Part shown: positions 63,368 to 64,000 of the stretch, one piece after another
How positions within the stretch are numbered: the stretch's first letter is position 1
Layout of the letters: each line of letters begins with the position of its first letter
DNA from: Octopus vulgaris
Lineage: Eukaryota
Assembly: GCA_951406725.2 (NCBI GenBank)
Contig: OX597824.1
Location: 68,510,001-68,574,000, forward strand
DNA: 64,000 bases
Direction of reading: 5' to 3'
Translations under genes and position numbers: made by a program
The notes under the pieces: generated by a model
What the model was told of the DNA's origin: nothing
The model's database searches: none
The model's input: only the letters and a program-made list of their open reading frames with translations

Positions 63368-63885
63368 TAGATAAACAGAATCCAAGGAGATTGCTGGTGG
63401 TGTATATTGGCAAGATGTATATTATTTAGAAAAATCTTGCTCAAGAACACAGCACGCAGCCTAGTCTGGGAATCGAACTCACTACTGCATGATTGTGAGT
63501 CCAACGCTCTAACCACTGAGCCATGTGATTTATAATACATATATATTCCCAGAAACTCATGTTGGAACTCTCAACCGCATAACATTACGTAACACACAAA
63601 ATATCGCACTACTAGCGTAGCTGGCGGCGGGCGGCACTTTTAAAGGGGGACAACCATTTTTGGATCTGCTGTAGGCAATATGTTTTTTTTTTTTATGGGG
63701 TCCGGGATAGCAAACGGAAGGGCTGTCCCGGACGGCACACACTGCAGCTACGCTAGTGTATCACACGATTTGTAAAATACGCGTTATAGGCTTAAAGTTT
63801 CATAAATTAATAAACGTTCAAAATCTGTGGGAATCTTGCAATTGACAAGATACACATGAGCATACGAAAGTACAGGCGTGTGCCG

Positions 63886-64000
63886 GCGGCGCAATGGCCC
63901 AGTGGTTAGGGCGGTTTCATAGGATCGCGGTTTCGATTCCCAGACCGGGCGTTGTGAGTGTTTATTGAGCGAAAACACCTAAAGCTCCACGAGGCTCCGG
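63886..64000 (+). mobile_element. SINE family V, 5' part running off the window
   Basis: ggcgcaatggcccagtggttagggc..ggtttcgattcccagaccgggcgttg. Confidence 0.8.

Overview
Eukaryotic, AT-rich, almost entirely non-coding DNA. The microsatellite landscape and SINE families point to an octopus (coleoid cephalopod) genome; this is inference. No complete protein-coding gene is supported, and nearly all ORF-track entries are translations of microsatellites or SINEs. The window holds dozens of tRNA-headed SINEs (CORE-type, Nin-type and others), RTE-like non-autonomous elements and two C-terminal fragments of R4/Dong LINEs in (TAA)n. It also holds several MITEs with visible TIRs/TSDs (Tc1/mariner, hAT, piggyBac, Merlin-like), minisatellites and long inverted repeats. 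The standout signal is a near-identical 3x tandem array of a 561-562 bp hairpin-rich monomer at 4200-5833. Each monomer carries a type I hammerhead-ribozyme motif, which fits a non-LTR retrozyme or a Penelope pseudo-LTR array. At least six more Penelope-style minimal hammerhead motifs are scattered through the window, one of them downstream of a tRNA-like Pol III head. A few splice-bounded unique islands and a change in CpG decay near 32 kb hint at a host gene. All coordinates were read by eye (typically +/-10 bp) and no database search or folding program was run.
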